Below are positions 17,570-27,360 of a stretch of DNA of 64,000 bases, one piece after another. A model generated the notes under the pieces. That model saw nothing but the letters and a program-made list of their open reading frames with translations. It did not search any database and had not been told where the DNA came from. Source of the DNA: Stenotrophomonas sp. (GTDB lineage: Bacteria; Pseudomonadota; Gammaproteobacteria; Xanthomonadales; Xanthomonadaceae); contig DAMCTY010000004.1 in NCBI GenBank assembly GCA_032112995.1, positions 27,335-91,334 on the forward strand. The letters are read 5' to 3'. The stretch's first letter is position 1. Each line of letters starts with the position of its first letter. The position numbers and the translations under genes are program-made.

Positions 17570-19120
17570 TCAACGCAAAGCGTTGCGCACCCGATCGCTG
17601 AAACCGGCGATTTCCGGCGTGGCCGGATCGATCTGCTGGGCTTGCTGCAGCGCCTGCTGCGCAAAAGCGGTGTCACCACCGCCCAGGCGCTCGCTGCCCA
17701 CCGCTATCCAGCGCTGGGCCAAGCGGCGCCGGGCAACGCCCAGGCTGGAATCGCCCGGCGCCAGCGCCTGCCAGGCATCCAGACAGGTACGCGCCGCACG
17801 CAGGCGATTACCGCGCAGGTTGTCTTCCATGCAGGCACGCGCAGCAGGCTGGATACGGGCCGCTGCGCGCTTCACCCGCGGATCCTGCGGTGCCAGCGCC
17901 TGTGCCGCCTTGAAATGATCGTAGGCGCTGCTGCCTGGCGGCAACAGCCATTGCTCGCGGGCTTCGGCCTCCTGCAGTTGCGCCAGCAGGCCCTTCAAGC
18001 GGCGTTCGCGTTCGCCGGGCGACAAGTGGGTGTCCATCGCGCGCCGCGCGGTGCGGATGCGTTCCACCGTCTGTGCGGCGGCAACCACTTCGGCGTTGTC
18101 CGGCGCCAACTGCTCTGCCTGCTGCAACGCACGCGCGGCAGCCTCGAACTGGAAATCTCCGGCCAGCCGCGTGGCCTCCTGCGCCTGCAACTGCGCCACC
18201 CGCATCAGCCCCTGCCGCGCGGCCGGGTCCTCGGCCACCGCCAGCACCTCGCTGAAGGCATCGGCGGCGGCCTCCAGCCGGCCCCGCGCCAACGCCCGCT
18301 CGCCCTGCAACCGACGCCGCTCCAGCGATGCGTTCAACAAGGCCTTGGCCGCGGGCAACTCGACGTGCCCCGGGTCGTAGAACTCCACCCGCCGCAGCGT
18401 GGCCGCCGCAGCCTGCAGCTGCCCGGGTCGTTCGACTGCACGGTTGGCCTGCATGACCAGCTCGGCCAGCGCTTCGTCACGCCCTTCCAGCGCCTGCATG
18501 CGATCGGGCTGGATGGCCAGCACCTGCTGGTACAGCGGCAACGCACTGTCGGCGCCATCGTCCAGCCGGCCCTGCGCATGTGCGCTTTCAGCCTGCTGCA
18601 GCAGTTCTTCCACACTGCCCTGCTGGCGCCGTTGCGTGTGCAGCTGCATCTGGATGCGATCGATATCGCTGGACGGAGCCTGCAGCCGCCGCGCCAACTG
18701 CAGCGCCTGCTCGCAGGCGCTGTAGTCACCGGCGGCCAATGCCTTGCGGGCACGCTCCAACGCGGCCTGTGCGGTCCGCGCCAGCGCCTGCTTCACCTCC
18801 ACCCGGTCAGGGTCCAGCGCCGCCGCCGCCTCGAACAGTTCGCCCGCGCCGCTGCCGTCCGCCGCGCTCAGCCGCCCCTGCTGCAACGCCTGGCCACCGG
18901 CATCCAGCAGTTTCTGGATGCGACTTTCCGGCCACAGCCAATCCGCCAGCGGCTGCCGGAATATCGCCAGCACGATGCTCAGCAACAGCACGCCGATGCC
19001 GATGGCCCGCCATGCTCGTGGGCTGTTCCAGCCACGCGCCACCCACCAGCGCCCATACAGCCGCAGCTTGTCGCCGAGTGTTTCCAATCCCTGTTGGCCG
19101 CGTTGGCGCCAGTTCTCCAT
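17570..19120 (-). CDS. membrane-anchored helical-repeat (TPR-like) protein, hypothetical
   Basis: One TM (AWRAIGIGVLLLSIVLAIF) followed by an Ala/Leu/Gln/Arg-rich helical repeat region. ATG at 19120, 13 nt after the relA stop. The plus-strand ORF 17642..19216 has shadow-like composition. Confidence 0.65.
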   Translation of the reverse strand: MENWRQRGQQGLETLGDKLRLYGRWWVARGWNSPRAWRAIGIGVLLLSIVLAIFRQPLADWLWPESRIQKLLDAGGQALQQGRLSAADGSGAGELFEAAAALDPDRVEVKQALARTAQAALERARKALAAGDYSACEQALQLARRLQAPSSDIDRIQMQLHTQRRQQGSVEELLQQAESAHAQGRLDDGADSALPLYQQVLAIQPDRMQALEGRDEALAELVMQANRAVERPGQLQAAAATLRRVEFYDPGHVELPAAKALLNASLERRRLQGERALARGRLEAAADAFSEVLAVAEDPAARQGLMRVAQLQAQEATRLAGDFQFEAAARALQQAEQLAPDNAEVVAAAQTVERIRTARRAMDTHLSPGERERRLKGLLAQLQEAEAREQWLLPPGSSAYDHFKAAQALAPQDPRVKRAAARIQPAARACMEDNLRGNRLRAARTCLDAWQALAPGDSSLGVARRRLAQRWIAVGSERLGGGDTAFAQQALQQAQQIDPATPEIAGFSDRVRNALR

Positions 19121-19133
19121 GCGCCAAGCTTAC

Positions 19134-21299
19134 CTAGCCCAGCCTTCGGGCATCGTCTACACCCGGCAAGGCCTCGAGTTTGCCCAGCAGGGTGGACAGC
19201 TGCCCGTAGTCGTTGACCTTCAACCGCAACCGCAGCTGCACCCTGCCGCTCTCGCGCAGGTTGTCGCTGTTGATCTCGATGACATAGGCGTCTTCCTGGG
19301 CGATCAGGTTGGTGATGTCCTTGAGCAACCAGCGCCGATCGACCGCGCGCACCATCACGTCCACCTCATAGGCCGAGCCCTTGCGCCCCCATTCCACTGG
19401 CAGCACGCGGTCCGGATGGGCTGCACCCAGCCGTGCCAGCGATGCGCAGTCGGCGCGGTGCACGGTCACCCCGCGGGTGCGGGTGAGATAGCCCTGGATG
19501 GGCTCACCCGCCACCGGCTGGCAGCAACGGGCCAGTTGCACCAGCAGATTGCCCACCCCCTGCACGGTGAAATCGGACTTGCCGGTACCGCCACGGCGCG
19601 CGGTGGGCCGCGGCAGTGCCGGTACCGCCGGTGCCTGGGCGGCCTTTTCCGCCTCCAGCAGGGCACGGCTGACCTGGTTGGGGCCGGTGTCGCCCAGGGC
19701 AACCTGGATGTAGAGATCGTCGACGCTGTCGGCGTGGAACTTGCGCGCGGCCACCATCAAATCGGCCTGCTGCAGCCCCAGGCGCTTGAGCTCGCGCTCC
19801 AGCAATTCACGGCCGGCCTGCACGTTGCGCGCGCGGTCCAGCTTGTGAAACCAGCTGCGTACCTTTTCGCGCGAACGTGCGCTGGCCAGGAAGCCGTTGG
19901 ACAGCAGCAGCCAGTCGCGGCGTGGGTCGGCCTCCTTGCCGGTCAGGATCTCCACCCGGTCGCCACTGCGCAGCTTGTAGCCCAGCGGCACGATGCGGCC
20001 GTTGACCTTGGCGCCCCGGCAGCGGTGCCCGACCATGGTGTGCACCTGGTAGGCGAAATCCAGCGGTGTGGCACCGGCCGGCAGGTCCATCACCTCGCCC
20101 TTGGGGCTGAGTGCGTAGACCCGGTCCTCGACCAGCTCGGCATCCAGCGCTCCGGCCAGGTCCTCGGGGTTGCCCGGGTCCTGCGCCTGCTCCAGCAACT
20201 GCCGCATCCAGGTGATCTTGCGGTCAAAGGCCTTTTCCGCGCCCTTGCTGCCTTCCTTGTACTTCCAGTGCGCGGCCACGCCCAGTTCGGCCTGCGCATG
20301 CATCTCGTGGGTGCGGATCTGCACCTCGATCGTACGCCCTTCCGGGCCGATCACCGCCGTGTGCAGCGAGCGGTAGTCGTTGGCCTTGGGGCGGGCGATG
20401 TAGTCATCGAACTCACTGGGGATGGGCGTCCACAGCGCATGCACAGCCCCCAGCGCGGCGTAGCAGGCCCCCACATCGTCCACCATCACCCGTACCGCGC
20501 GCAGGTCGTACAGCTGCTCGAAGGCCAGGTGCTTCTTCTGCATCTTCCGCCAGATGCTGTAGATGTGCTTGGGCCGACCACTGACCTCGCCGCGGATGCC
20601 CTGCTCGGCCAGCGCCGCGGACAGTTTCTTCTTCACGGTCTCCACGTAGCGCTCGCGCGCCACCCGGGTTTCGTCCACCTCGCGGGCGATGTGCCGGTAG
20701 GTATCCGGGTCCAGGAAGCGGAATGCCAGGTCTTCCAGCTCCCATTTCAGCTGCCAGATGCCCAGCCGGTTGGCCAGCGGCGCATGGATGTCACGGGTGA
20801 GCTGGGCCAGTGCCCGGCGCTCCTCATCCGGCAGCTTGTCGGCCGCACGCATGCAGGCCAGCTGCCGTGACAGCAGGATCGGCACCACCCGCAGGTCATG
20901 GATGATGGACAGCAGCAAGCGGCGCAGGCCCTCGCTGTTGCGCCCAGCATCGCGGCCGGCGTGCAGCGCCCAGACCTGGTCGGCGGCCTCCTGGCCATCC
21001 AGCAGGCCCGCCACCGCCACCGCTGCCGGCCCCAGCGGCAGCTCCGCCAGATGCGCCCGCAGGCCCGGCAGATCGAACAACAACGCAGCGACAATCACGC
21101 CTTCATCCGCGGACAGCAGCGCGAGCGAATCCAGCGTGTCGGCCAGCACCGGCCAGGGCAGCCGGGGCGCGGTATCGACATCGGGTTGCTGCCAGCACGT
21201 GAGCAGGGCCTGCCGCAGCGGTTCGGACAGGGCGCGGGTAGAGGCACGCTGCAGCAGCGCTTCCAGGCCGGGGGAGGGGGAACGGTTCACAGCATTCAA
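19134..21299 (-). CDS. relA: GTP pyrophosphokinase RelA ((p)ppGpp synthetase I)
   Basis: Synthetase motifs: HIYSIWRKMQKK, YDLRAVRVMV, DYRSLHTAV, EVQIRTHEMH. TGS and ACT-like C-terminus. The N-terminal pseudo-hydrolase region has LLFDL where SpoT has HD. The start is uncertain: TTG at 21299 or GTG at 21290. Confidence 0.92.
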   Translation of the reverse strand: MNAVNRSPSPGLEALLQRASTRALSEPLRQALLTCWQQPDVDTAPRLPWPVLADTLDSLALLSADEGVIVAALLFDLPGLRAHLAELPLGPAAVAVAGLLDGQEAADQVWALHAGRDAGRNSEGLRRLLLSIIHDLRVVPILLSRQLACMRAADKLPDEERRALAQLTRDIHAPLANRLGIWQLKWELEDLAFRFLDPDTYRHIAREVDETRVARERYVETVKKKLSAALAEQGIRGEVSGRPKHIYSIWRKMQKKHLAFEQLYDLRAVRVMVDDVGACYAALGAVHALWTPIPSEFDDYIARPKANDYRSLHTAVIGPEGRTIEVQIRTHEMHAQAELGVAAHWKYKEGSKGAEKAFDRKITWMRQLLEQAQDPGNPEDLAGALDAELVEDRVYALSPKGEVMDLPAGATPLDFAYQVHTMVGHRCRGAKVNGRIVPLGYKLRSGDRVEILTGKEADPRRDWLLLSNGFLASARSREKVRSWFHKLDRARNVQAGRELLERELKRLGLQQADLMVAARKFHADSVDDLYIQVALGDTGPNQVSRALLEAEKAAQAPAVPALPRPTARRGGTGKSDFTVQGVGNLLVQLARCCQPVAGEPIQGYLTRTRGVTVHRADCASLARLGAAHPDRVLPVEWGRKGSAYEVDVMVRAVDRRWLLKDITNLIAQEDAYVIEINSDNLRESGRVQLRLRLKVNDYGQLSTLLGKLEALPGVDDARRLG

Positions 21300-21353
21300 T
21301 TACGGACGGATGCCCCTACACTAGCGCCCAACCGTCTCCGGGAACAATCACCC

Positions 21354-21869
21354 ATGAAGCTGCCCCGCCTGGCTGTCCTGCTTGCTGTCACCACATTGTC
21401 GCTCTCATCGCTGTCCCCGGCCCACGCGCAGCGCGTGGTACAGGGCGACCTGCAGCAGCAGATGTCCGCCGATGAATTCAAGGCCGCCGGCCTGGACAAG
21501 CTCAGCACGCAGGAGCTCGCCACCCTCAACAACTGGTTGCAGGGCAAGGTCGAGCAGGCCGCCAGCCAAGCGTTGGAGCAGGCGCGCGAGGAAGGCCGCC
21601 AGGAAGTGATCGTCAAGAACCGGGGCTTCTTTGATTTCGGCAGCAACGAGCCCATCCAGGCCACGCTGGAAGGCGAGTTCCGCGGCTTCGGCAAGGGCCG
21701 CCAATACACGCTGGACAATGGCCAGGTGTGGGAACAGACCGATGACGCCATGGTCGCCGGGGTGCGCAAGCAGGCACCCCAGGTGCGCATCACCCCCGGG
21801 CTGATGAACGTGTGGTACCTGCAAGTTGACGGGGTCAATACCCGTGCCAAGGTGCGTCGCACCAAGTAA
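21354..21869 (+). CDS. secreted hypothetical protein
   Basis: The ATG at 21354 lies inside track ORF 20898..21869. Clear signal peptide (MKLPRLAVLLAVTTLSLSSLSPAHAQ). The preceding part of the track ORF is antisense to relA. Confidence 0.65.
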   Translation: MKLPRLAVLLAVTTLSLSSLSPAHAQRVVQGDLQQQMSADEFKAAGLDKLSTQELATLNNWLQGKVEQAASQALEQAREEGRQEVIVKNRGFFDFGSNEPIQATLEGEFRGFGKGRQYTLDNGQVWEQTDDAMVAGVRKQAPQVRITPGLMNVWYLQVDGVNTRAKVRRTK

Positions 21870-21876
21870 GTCCTTC

Positions 21877-21898
21877 GCCCCGGCCGCCGCGCCGGGGC
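21877..21898 (+). terminator. GC hairpin after the small secreted-protein gene
   Basis: GCCCCGG (21877-21883) pairs with CCGGGGC (21892-21898), with an 8-nt loop, followed by TTCTTCC. The T-tract is weak. Confidence 0.4.
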
Positions 21899-21927
21899 TT
21901 CTTCCGCATCAGCGAGCCTGCCCTTTC

Positions 21928-22455
21928 ATGCCCGCCATCCTGTTCATCCTGCTGTTGCTGCTGCCGACCACCGCCGCCGCCGCCGATGTCTACAAATGCA
22001 AAGGCCGGTCCGGTGAAACCATGTACTCCGAGCACCCGTGTGACGCCCGCGCCGAGCCGATGAAACTGCGCGATACCCGCCCCTCGGAGTCGTTCACGGC
22101 AGCTGCCACCGCTGCTGCGGAAAGCAGCCAGGCCAGGAACACCGAAACGCCGGCCAGTGCTGACAGCAGTGGTGGTGAGCTCGAGGCCATCCGCGCCGCC
22201 GAGAAGAGCTGCATCGCCGATGCCACCGCGTCCATCTACGGCCCATCCAACGACCGCGTCGGCACCTTGCAGCAGCAGATGTCCCTGCTCAACGAGGAAC
22301 TGGCCAAGGCCAACGATGCCGAACGCAGCCAGGCACTGCGCACGCGCATGGCCACCTTCCGCCAGGCCATTACCCGCGAACACAACAATGCCCATACGCA
22401 GATGGGCAATGCGCGCAGGCGCTGCATCGAACTGGCCAAGACCAGCGACCGCTGA
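21928..22455 (+). CDS. DUF4124-like secreted protein
   Basis: Track ORF trimmed to the ATG at 21928. Signal peptide MPAILFILLLLLPTTAAAA, then DVYKCKGRSGETMYSEHPC, a pattern I associate with DUF4124. Coiled-coil-like C-terminus. Confidence 0.6.
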   Translation: MPAILFILLLLLPTTAAAADVYKCKGRSGETMYSEHPCDARAEPMKLRDTRPSESFTAAATAAAESSQARNTETPASADSSGGELEAIRAAEKSCIADATASIYGPSNDRVGTLQQQMSLLNEELAKANDAERSQALRTRMATFRQAITREHNNAHTQMGNARRRCIELAKTSDR

Positions 22456-22468
22456 CCCCAAGCCATGG

Positions 22469-22495
22469 TGCACCGCCGCTGTCGGCGGCGGTGCA
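22469..22495. terminator. hairpin between convergent genes (DUF4124-like / hrpA)
   Basis: TGCACCGCCG (22469-22478) pairs with CGGCGGTGCA (22486-22495), with a 7-nt loop. No U-tract on either strand. Confidence 0.35.
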
Positions 22496-22504
22496 TGCCT
22501 CGCA

Positions 22505-25500
22505 TCAACTACGCAGCGCAGCCACCCGCTGGGCCAGTTTCTTGGCCGAAATGCCGGAGCGGAAACCCAGTTCCTGGGCAAACAGGGACACCCGCAACTC
22601 CTCGATGTCCCAACGCAACGCCGCCCATTCCGGGCGCTCGCTGCGGCCCTGCACGCGGGCCTCGTCCAGTGCATCGACGAAGGGCTTGAGCTCCAGCATG
22701 CGCGCCTGGTCGCGCGGCGGATCGCGCTTGGCGCGCTCGGCACGCAGGATCATGGCCTTCAGATAGCGTGGGAACTGCGCCAGCGCATCGGCCGGCGTCT
22801 GCCGCAGGAAGCCTGCATGCACCAGTCCGGCCAGTTGCGCCTCCATGTCATCCAGATTGCCGCGCGCCCACCCCATCAGCGGCGCCTCCAGCTGCGGCTT
22901 CAGCTCGCCGACCAGGCCGAGGATGCTTTCGGCCAGTTTCAGCCGCTGCATGGCCTCGCCGAACAGCTGTTTGGCGGCCTCGGCCCGACGCAGCTCGAAG
23001 GCCTCGGCGCTGCGGATGTCACCCAGTCCCTCGGCCAGCACCGCATTGAGTGCGGCGTCCACCAGATCACCGCGCAAGCGCTCCTGCGATTCGATGGCCG
23101 CATACAGCAGGCCGGTCTTGGGGGCGATCGGCAGCTGCTTGCGGGCCTGTTTGAGCTTGTCGGCCAGACCGATCTCCAGCAACCGACGCACCCCTCCAGG
23201 GTGCGCCAGACGGGCCTCGTTGCGGTCGGCGAAGATACGCAGCGCGGCAGCCTCGCCGGTGTCGACCAGCGCCGGATAAGCTGGCACGCCGGCCTCCCCG
23301 GGCACCTGTTCGGGAATGCTGCTGCCGGGGAACTCGCGCAGGCCCTCGGCGGCCAGCGCCTTGCCTGCACGGGCAGCAAACGCATCACCGGCGCGCTCAC
23401 CGAAGCGCGCGCGCAGGCTGTCCAGGTCGCGTGACATCGCCAGCATCCGACCCGCGCCGTTGTGCTTGCCCTTGCGCGCGGAGGACGTGTCGCGGGCGGC
23501 ATCGGGCGCGCCTGCCGGCGCCGCGTCGAACAAACGCAGGTTCATGCGCAGATGCGGCTCCAGCGCCTCGACATCGAAATCGGTGGCCGCCACCGCTGCG
23601 CCGGTCGCCTTGGACAGGAAGCGCGCCAGTTCGCCGCGGATGTCGTCGGCCGATGGCTGCGGCCACGCCTCGAAGAAGGCGCGGCCGAAATCCGGTGCCG
23701 GCACGTAGTTGCGCCGCATCGCCTTGGGCAGGCTGCGGATCAGCGCCGATGCCTTGTCGGCGACAAAGCCCGGCGCCAGCCAGGACAGCCGCGCCGGATC
23801 CAGCGCATTGAGCAGGTGCAGCGGTACGTCCAGAGTGACACCATCGTCCTCGCTGCCCGGCTCGAAGCGGTAGTGCAGGGCAAGCCGGGCATCACCCAGC
23901 GCCAGGTACTTGGGATACCGGTCCTGCTCGCTGCCCTCGCCCGGCAACAGATCCGTCAGCGACCAGTGCAGGCCACGGCGTTGTTCCGGCGGCAGCGCCT
24001 TCCACCAGGCATCCAGCAGGTTGACCGAATGGATGCTGGACGGCACCCGGTCCAGGTACCAGCGCGCCTGCCAGTCCTCGTCGGCGACGATGCCGGCACG
24101 GCGCAGCTTGGCTTCCTCCTCGCGGGCCTGCTCCAGCACCTTGATGTTGTCGGCGACAAACCCGGCGCGGGTAGTGATCTCACCGGTCACCAAGGCCTGC
24201 CGCACGAAGATGTCATGTGCCTCGCCCGGATTTATCTTGCCGTAGTGCACCGGCTTCTTCGGCGCCAGCACCAACCCGAACAGGCTGATCTGCTCCGACG
24301 CCAGCACCTGGCCCTGCGCCCGGGACCAGTGCGGATCGAAATGCTTGCGCGCCAGCAGATGCGGCACTTCGGCAATCACCCAGTCCGGCTCGATCGCGGC
24401 GTTGGTCATGCCCCACACGCGCTGGGTATCCAGCAAAGTGGCGCTGAGCACCCACGGCGGCGGCCGCTTGGCCAATGCCGAACCCGGGAACAGATGGAAG
24501 CGGCGCTGGCGCGGGGCTTGGAAATCGCCCTTGTCGGTGCGATGCCCCACCTGGGTCGGCAGGCCGGCAAGGATCGCCCGGTGCAATGCCTGGTAGGCCG
24601 CCACGCGGACCTTGTCGGGGATGCCGCCGACAACCGAGTCGGCGTCGGGCTTGCCTTTTTTCCCCTCGAGCCCGGCCCGAAGCGCAGGCAAGCCCGCCCC
24701 TGCCGCCGGCTTTACACCCTCCCGCGCCAGCCGCGCTGCCTTGTGCAGCTCGCCCCGCGTGGCCTTGCGCTTGGCCTCGGCGTCACCACCGGCAGGCACT
24801 GCCGGCGGTGCCGACATCAAGGCCCGGCCGAAGGTTTCGTCCTCGCCCAGTGTCCAGCCCAGTTCCTCGCACAACAGGCGTAGCTGGCGATGCAGTTCGC
24901 GCCATTCGCGCATGCGCAGGAAGCCCAGGAAATGACGCCCGCACCAGTCGCGCAGCTTGGACTGGGTAAGCTCCTCGTGCGCGCCACGGTAGGCGTTCCA
25001 CAGGCGCAGGATACCGATGAACTCGGAGCGCGCATCGGCAAACAGCGCGTGGGCATTGTCGGCGGCTTCACGCGCCTCGGGCGGACGCTCGCGCGGATCC
25101 TGGATGCCCAGGAACGAGGCGATCACCAGCATCTCGCGCAGGCAGCCCCCCTTCTGCGCCGCCACCAGCATGCGCGCCAGCTTCACATCCACCGGCAGGC
25201 GTGCCATCTGCCGGCCGATGGCGGTCAGCTTGCGCTCCTCATCGATCGCACCCAGTTCGGCCAGCTGCTGCCAGCCATCGGCAACCGCACGCTCGTCCGG
25301 GGCTTCCAGGAACGGGAACTCGTCGATCTTGCCCAGGCCCAGCTGCAACATGCGCAGGATCACCCCGGCCAGCGAGGAGCGGCGGATTTCCGGATCAGTG
25401 AACTCCGGCCGGCTCTGGAAGTCGGCCTCGGCATACAAGCGGTAGCACACGCCCTCGGACACACGCCCGCAGCGGCCCTTGCGCTGGTTGGCGCTGGCCT

Positions 25501-26716
25501 GCGACACCGGCTCGATATGCAACCGGTCCAGCTTCTGGCGCGGGCTATAGCGCTTGACGCGGGCCAGCCCCGGATCGATCACGTAGCGGATGCGGGGCAC
25601 GGTCAGCGAGGTTTCGGCGACGTTGGTGGTCAGCACCACGCGGCGCTTGGCACCGGGGTTGAAGACCCGGTCCTGGTCCTTCGCCGACAGGCGCGCATAC
25701 AGCGGCAACACCTCGGTTTCGCGGTACTTGCGCCGCTCCAGCGCCTGGTGCGCATCGCGGATCTCACGCTCACCGGGCAGGAACACCAGCACGTCACCGC
25801 GCGGGTCACTGCGGGTGATCTCATCCACTGCTGCCACGATGGCCTCATTGACCGACATCGGGTCGCTGTCGGCCTCTTCACGGCGACGATTGCCGGCCGC
25901 CGGCTCGGCGGCGGCCTTGTTGCCTTCCTCCAACGGCCGGTAGCGCACTTCTACCGGATAGGTACGGCCTTCCACGCTGACCACCGGCGCGTCGCCGAAA
26001 TGGCGCGAGAAGCGCTCGGTGTCGATGGTGGCCGAGGTCACGATCAGCTTCAGGTCGGGACGTTTGCGCAGCAGCTGCTTGAGGTAGCCCAGCAGGAAGT
26101 CGATATTGAGGCTGCGCTCGTGCGCCTCGTCGATGATCAGGGTGTCATAGCGCGACAACCAGCGGTCCGAGGCGATCTCGGCCAGCAGGATGCCATCGGT
26201 CATGAACTTGATGCGGCTGTCCTCGCCCACCTTGTCGGTGAAACGGACCTGGTAGCCGACCACCGTCCCCAGCTCGGTCTGCAGCTCCTCGGCCACGCGC
26301 GCGGCCACCGCGCGGGCGGCAATACGGCGCGGCTGGGTGCAGCCGATCATGCCGGCGCTGCCGCGGCCTGCGGCCAGGCACAGCTTGGGCAGCTGGGTGG
26401 TCTTGCCGGAGCCGGTTTCACCGGCGATCACCACCACCTGGTGAGCGCGGATCAGGGCGCTGATCTGCTCGGCTTCACGCGCGATCGGCAGCGCCTGGTC
26501 CATGGTGATGGTGATCGGGCGCGCCATGCGCTGCTGGCGCTGCGTACAGGAACGCTCCAGCAGCTGCCGGAAGGCGGCCTCGCTGGCCGCGTCGGGCTTG
26601 CCCTGCCAGCGCGAGAGCAGCCCCAGCAGGCGGCCACGGTCGCGGCTCATGGCGCCGTCAATGGCAGTGCGGGCCTCGCGAAGGCGGTTGGGCAGGTTGT
26701 TTTCGATAGCGCTCAT
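22505..26716 (-). CDS. hrpA: ATP-dependent RNA helicase HrpA (DEAH-box)
   Basis: Motifs: IAGETGSGKTTQLPK, IIDEAHERS, TSATID, TNVAETSLT, QRKGRCGR. About 1,400 aa with the long HrpA C-terminal extension. The track start at 26719 is TTG. The ATG at 26716 (MSAIENN) is preferred. Confidence 0.93.
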   Translation of the reverse strand: MSAIENNLPNRLREARTAIDGAMSRDRGRLLGLLSRWQGKPDAASEAAFRQLLERSCTQRQQRMARPITITMDQALPIAREAEQISALIRAHQVVVIAGETGSGKTTQLPKLCLAAGRGSAGMIGCTQPRRIAARAVAARVAEELQTELGTVVGYQVRFTDKVGEDSRIKFMTDGILLAEIASDRWLSRYDTLIIDEAHERSLNIDFLLGYLKQLLRKRPDLKLIVTSATIDTERFSRHFGDAPVVSVEGRTYPVEVRYRPLEEGNKAAAEPAAGNRRREEADSDPMSVNEAIVAAVDEITRSDPRGDVLVFLPGEREIRDAHQALERRKYRETEVLPLYARLSAKDQDRVFNPGAKRRVVLTTNVAETSLTVPRIRYVIDPGLARVKRYSPRQKLDRLHIEPVSQASANQRKGRCGRVSEGVCYRLYAEADFQSRPEFTDPEIRRSSLAGVILRMLQLGLGKIDEFPFLEAPDERAVADGWQQLAELGAIDEERKLTAIGRQMARLPVDVKLARMLVAAQKGGCLREMLVIASFLGIQDPRERPPEAREAADNAHALFADARSEFIGILRLWNAYRGAHEELTQSKLRDWCGRHFLGFLRMREWRELHRQLRLLCEELGWTLGEDETFGRALMSAPPAVPAGGDAEAKRKATRGELHKAARLAREGVKPAAGAGLPALRAGLEGKKGKPDADSVVGGIPDKVRVAAYQALHRAILAGLPTQVGHRTDKGDFQAPRQRRFHLFPGSALAKRPPPWVLSATLLDTQRVWGMTNAAIEPDWVIAEVPHLLARKHFDPHWSRAQGQVLASEQISLFGLVLAPKKPVHYGKINPGEAHDIFVRQALVTGEITTRAGFVADNIKVLEQAREEEAKLRRAGIVADEDWQARWYLDRVPSSIHSVNLLDAWWKALPPEQRRGLHWSLTDLLPGEGSEQDRYPKYLALGDARLALHYRFEPGSEDDGVTLDVPLHLLNALDPARLSWLAPGFVADKASALIRSLPKAMRRNYVPAPDFGRAFFEAWPQPSADDIRGELARFLSKATGAAVAATDFDVEALEPHLRMNLRLFDAAPAGAPDAARDTSSARKGKHNGAGRMLAMSRDLDSLRARFGERAGDAFAARAGKALAAEGLREFPGSSIPEQVPGEAGVPAYPALVDTGEAAALRIFADRNEARLAHPGGVRRLLEIGLADKLKQARKQLPIAPKTGLLYAAIESQERLRGDLVDAALNAVLAEGLGDIRSAEAFELRRAEAAKQLFGEAMQRLKLAESILGLVGELKPQLEAPLMGWARGNLDDMEAQLAGLVHAGFLRQTPADALAQFPRYLKAMILRAERAKRDPPRDQARMLELKPFVDALDEARVQGRSERPEWAALRWDIEELRVSLFAQELGFRSGISAKKLAQRVAALRS

Positions 26717-26803
26717 CAATGGTTCAACGTGAAAACTTGAAATACAGGTATGTTCCCGATAGCGCTATTGTGAAGCCATTCAACCCGCCAAGGAGAAAGC
26801 GTC

Positions 26804-27352
26804 ATGGCCAAGGCCAAGAACAGCAGCAAACCAGAAGCAGGAAAGAAGAAGCTGGCAGCCGCCGCGCCGTCCATACCCGGTGTCGATATCGGGATCAAGG
26901 ACAGCGATCGCAAGAAGGTCGCCGACGGCCTGTCCCACTTCCTGGCCGATGCATACACGCTGTACCTGAAGACCCACAACTTCCACTGGAATGTCACCGG
27001 GTCGATGTTCAACTCGCTGCACAACATGTTCATGGACCAGTACACCGAACAGTGGACGGCCCTGGACGAGATTGCCGAGCGGATCCGCGCGCTGGGCTTC
27101 AACGCCCCCGGCTCCTACCGTGAATTCGCCGCGCTGACCTCGATCCCGGAGGAGCCCGGCCTGACCGACAGTGCGGACTGGCGCGAAATGGTACGCCAGC
27201 TGGTGGTCGGCAACGAAGCGGTATGCCGCACCGCGCGCAAGGTGCTGGACCAGGCCGACGACGCCGACGATGCCCCCAGCGAGGACCTGCTGACCCAGCG
27301 CCTGCAGATCCACGAGAAGTATGCGTGGATGCTGCGCTCGCTGCTGCAGTAA
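26804..27352 (+). CDS. dps: Dps (DNA starvation/stationary-phase protection, ferritin-like)
   Basis: Lys-rich N-terminal tail, then LADAYTLYLKTHNFHWNVTG..F..LH..FDEQY-type ferroxidase region. AAGGAGA Shine-Dalgarno sequence lies 7 nt upstream of the ATG. Confidence 0.92.
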   Translation: MAKAKNSSKPEAGKKKLAAAAPSIPGVDIGIKDSDRKKVADGLSHFLADAYTLYLKTHNFHWNVTGSMFNSLHNMFMDQYTEQWTALDEIAERIRALGFNAPGSYREFAALTSIPEEPGLTDSADWREMVRQLVVGNEAVCRTARKVLDQADDADDAPSEDLLTQRLQIHEKYAWMLRSLLQ

Positions 27353-27360
27353 CCCAGCGG

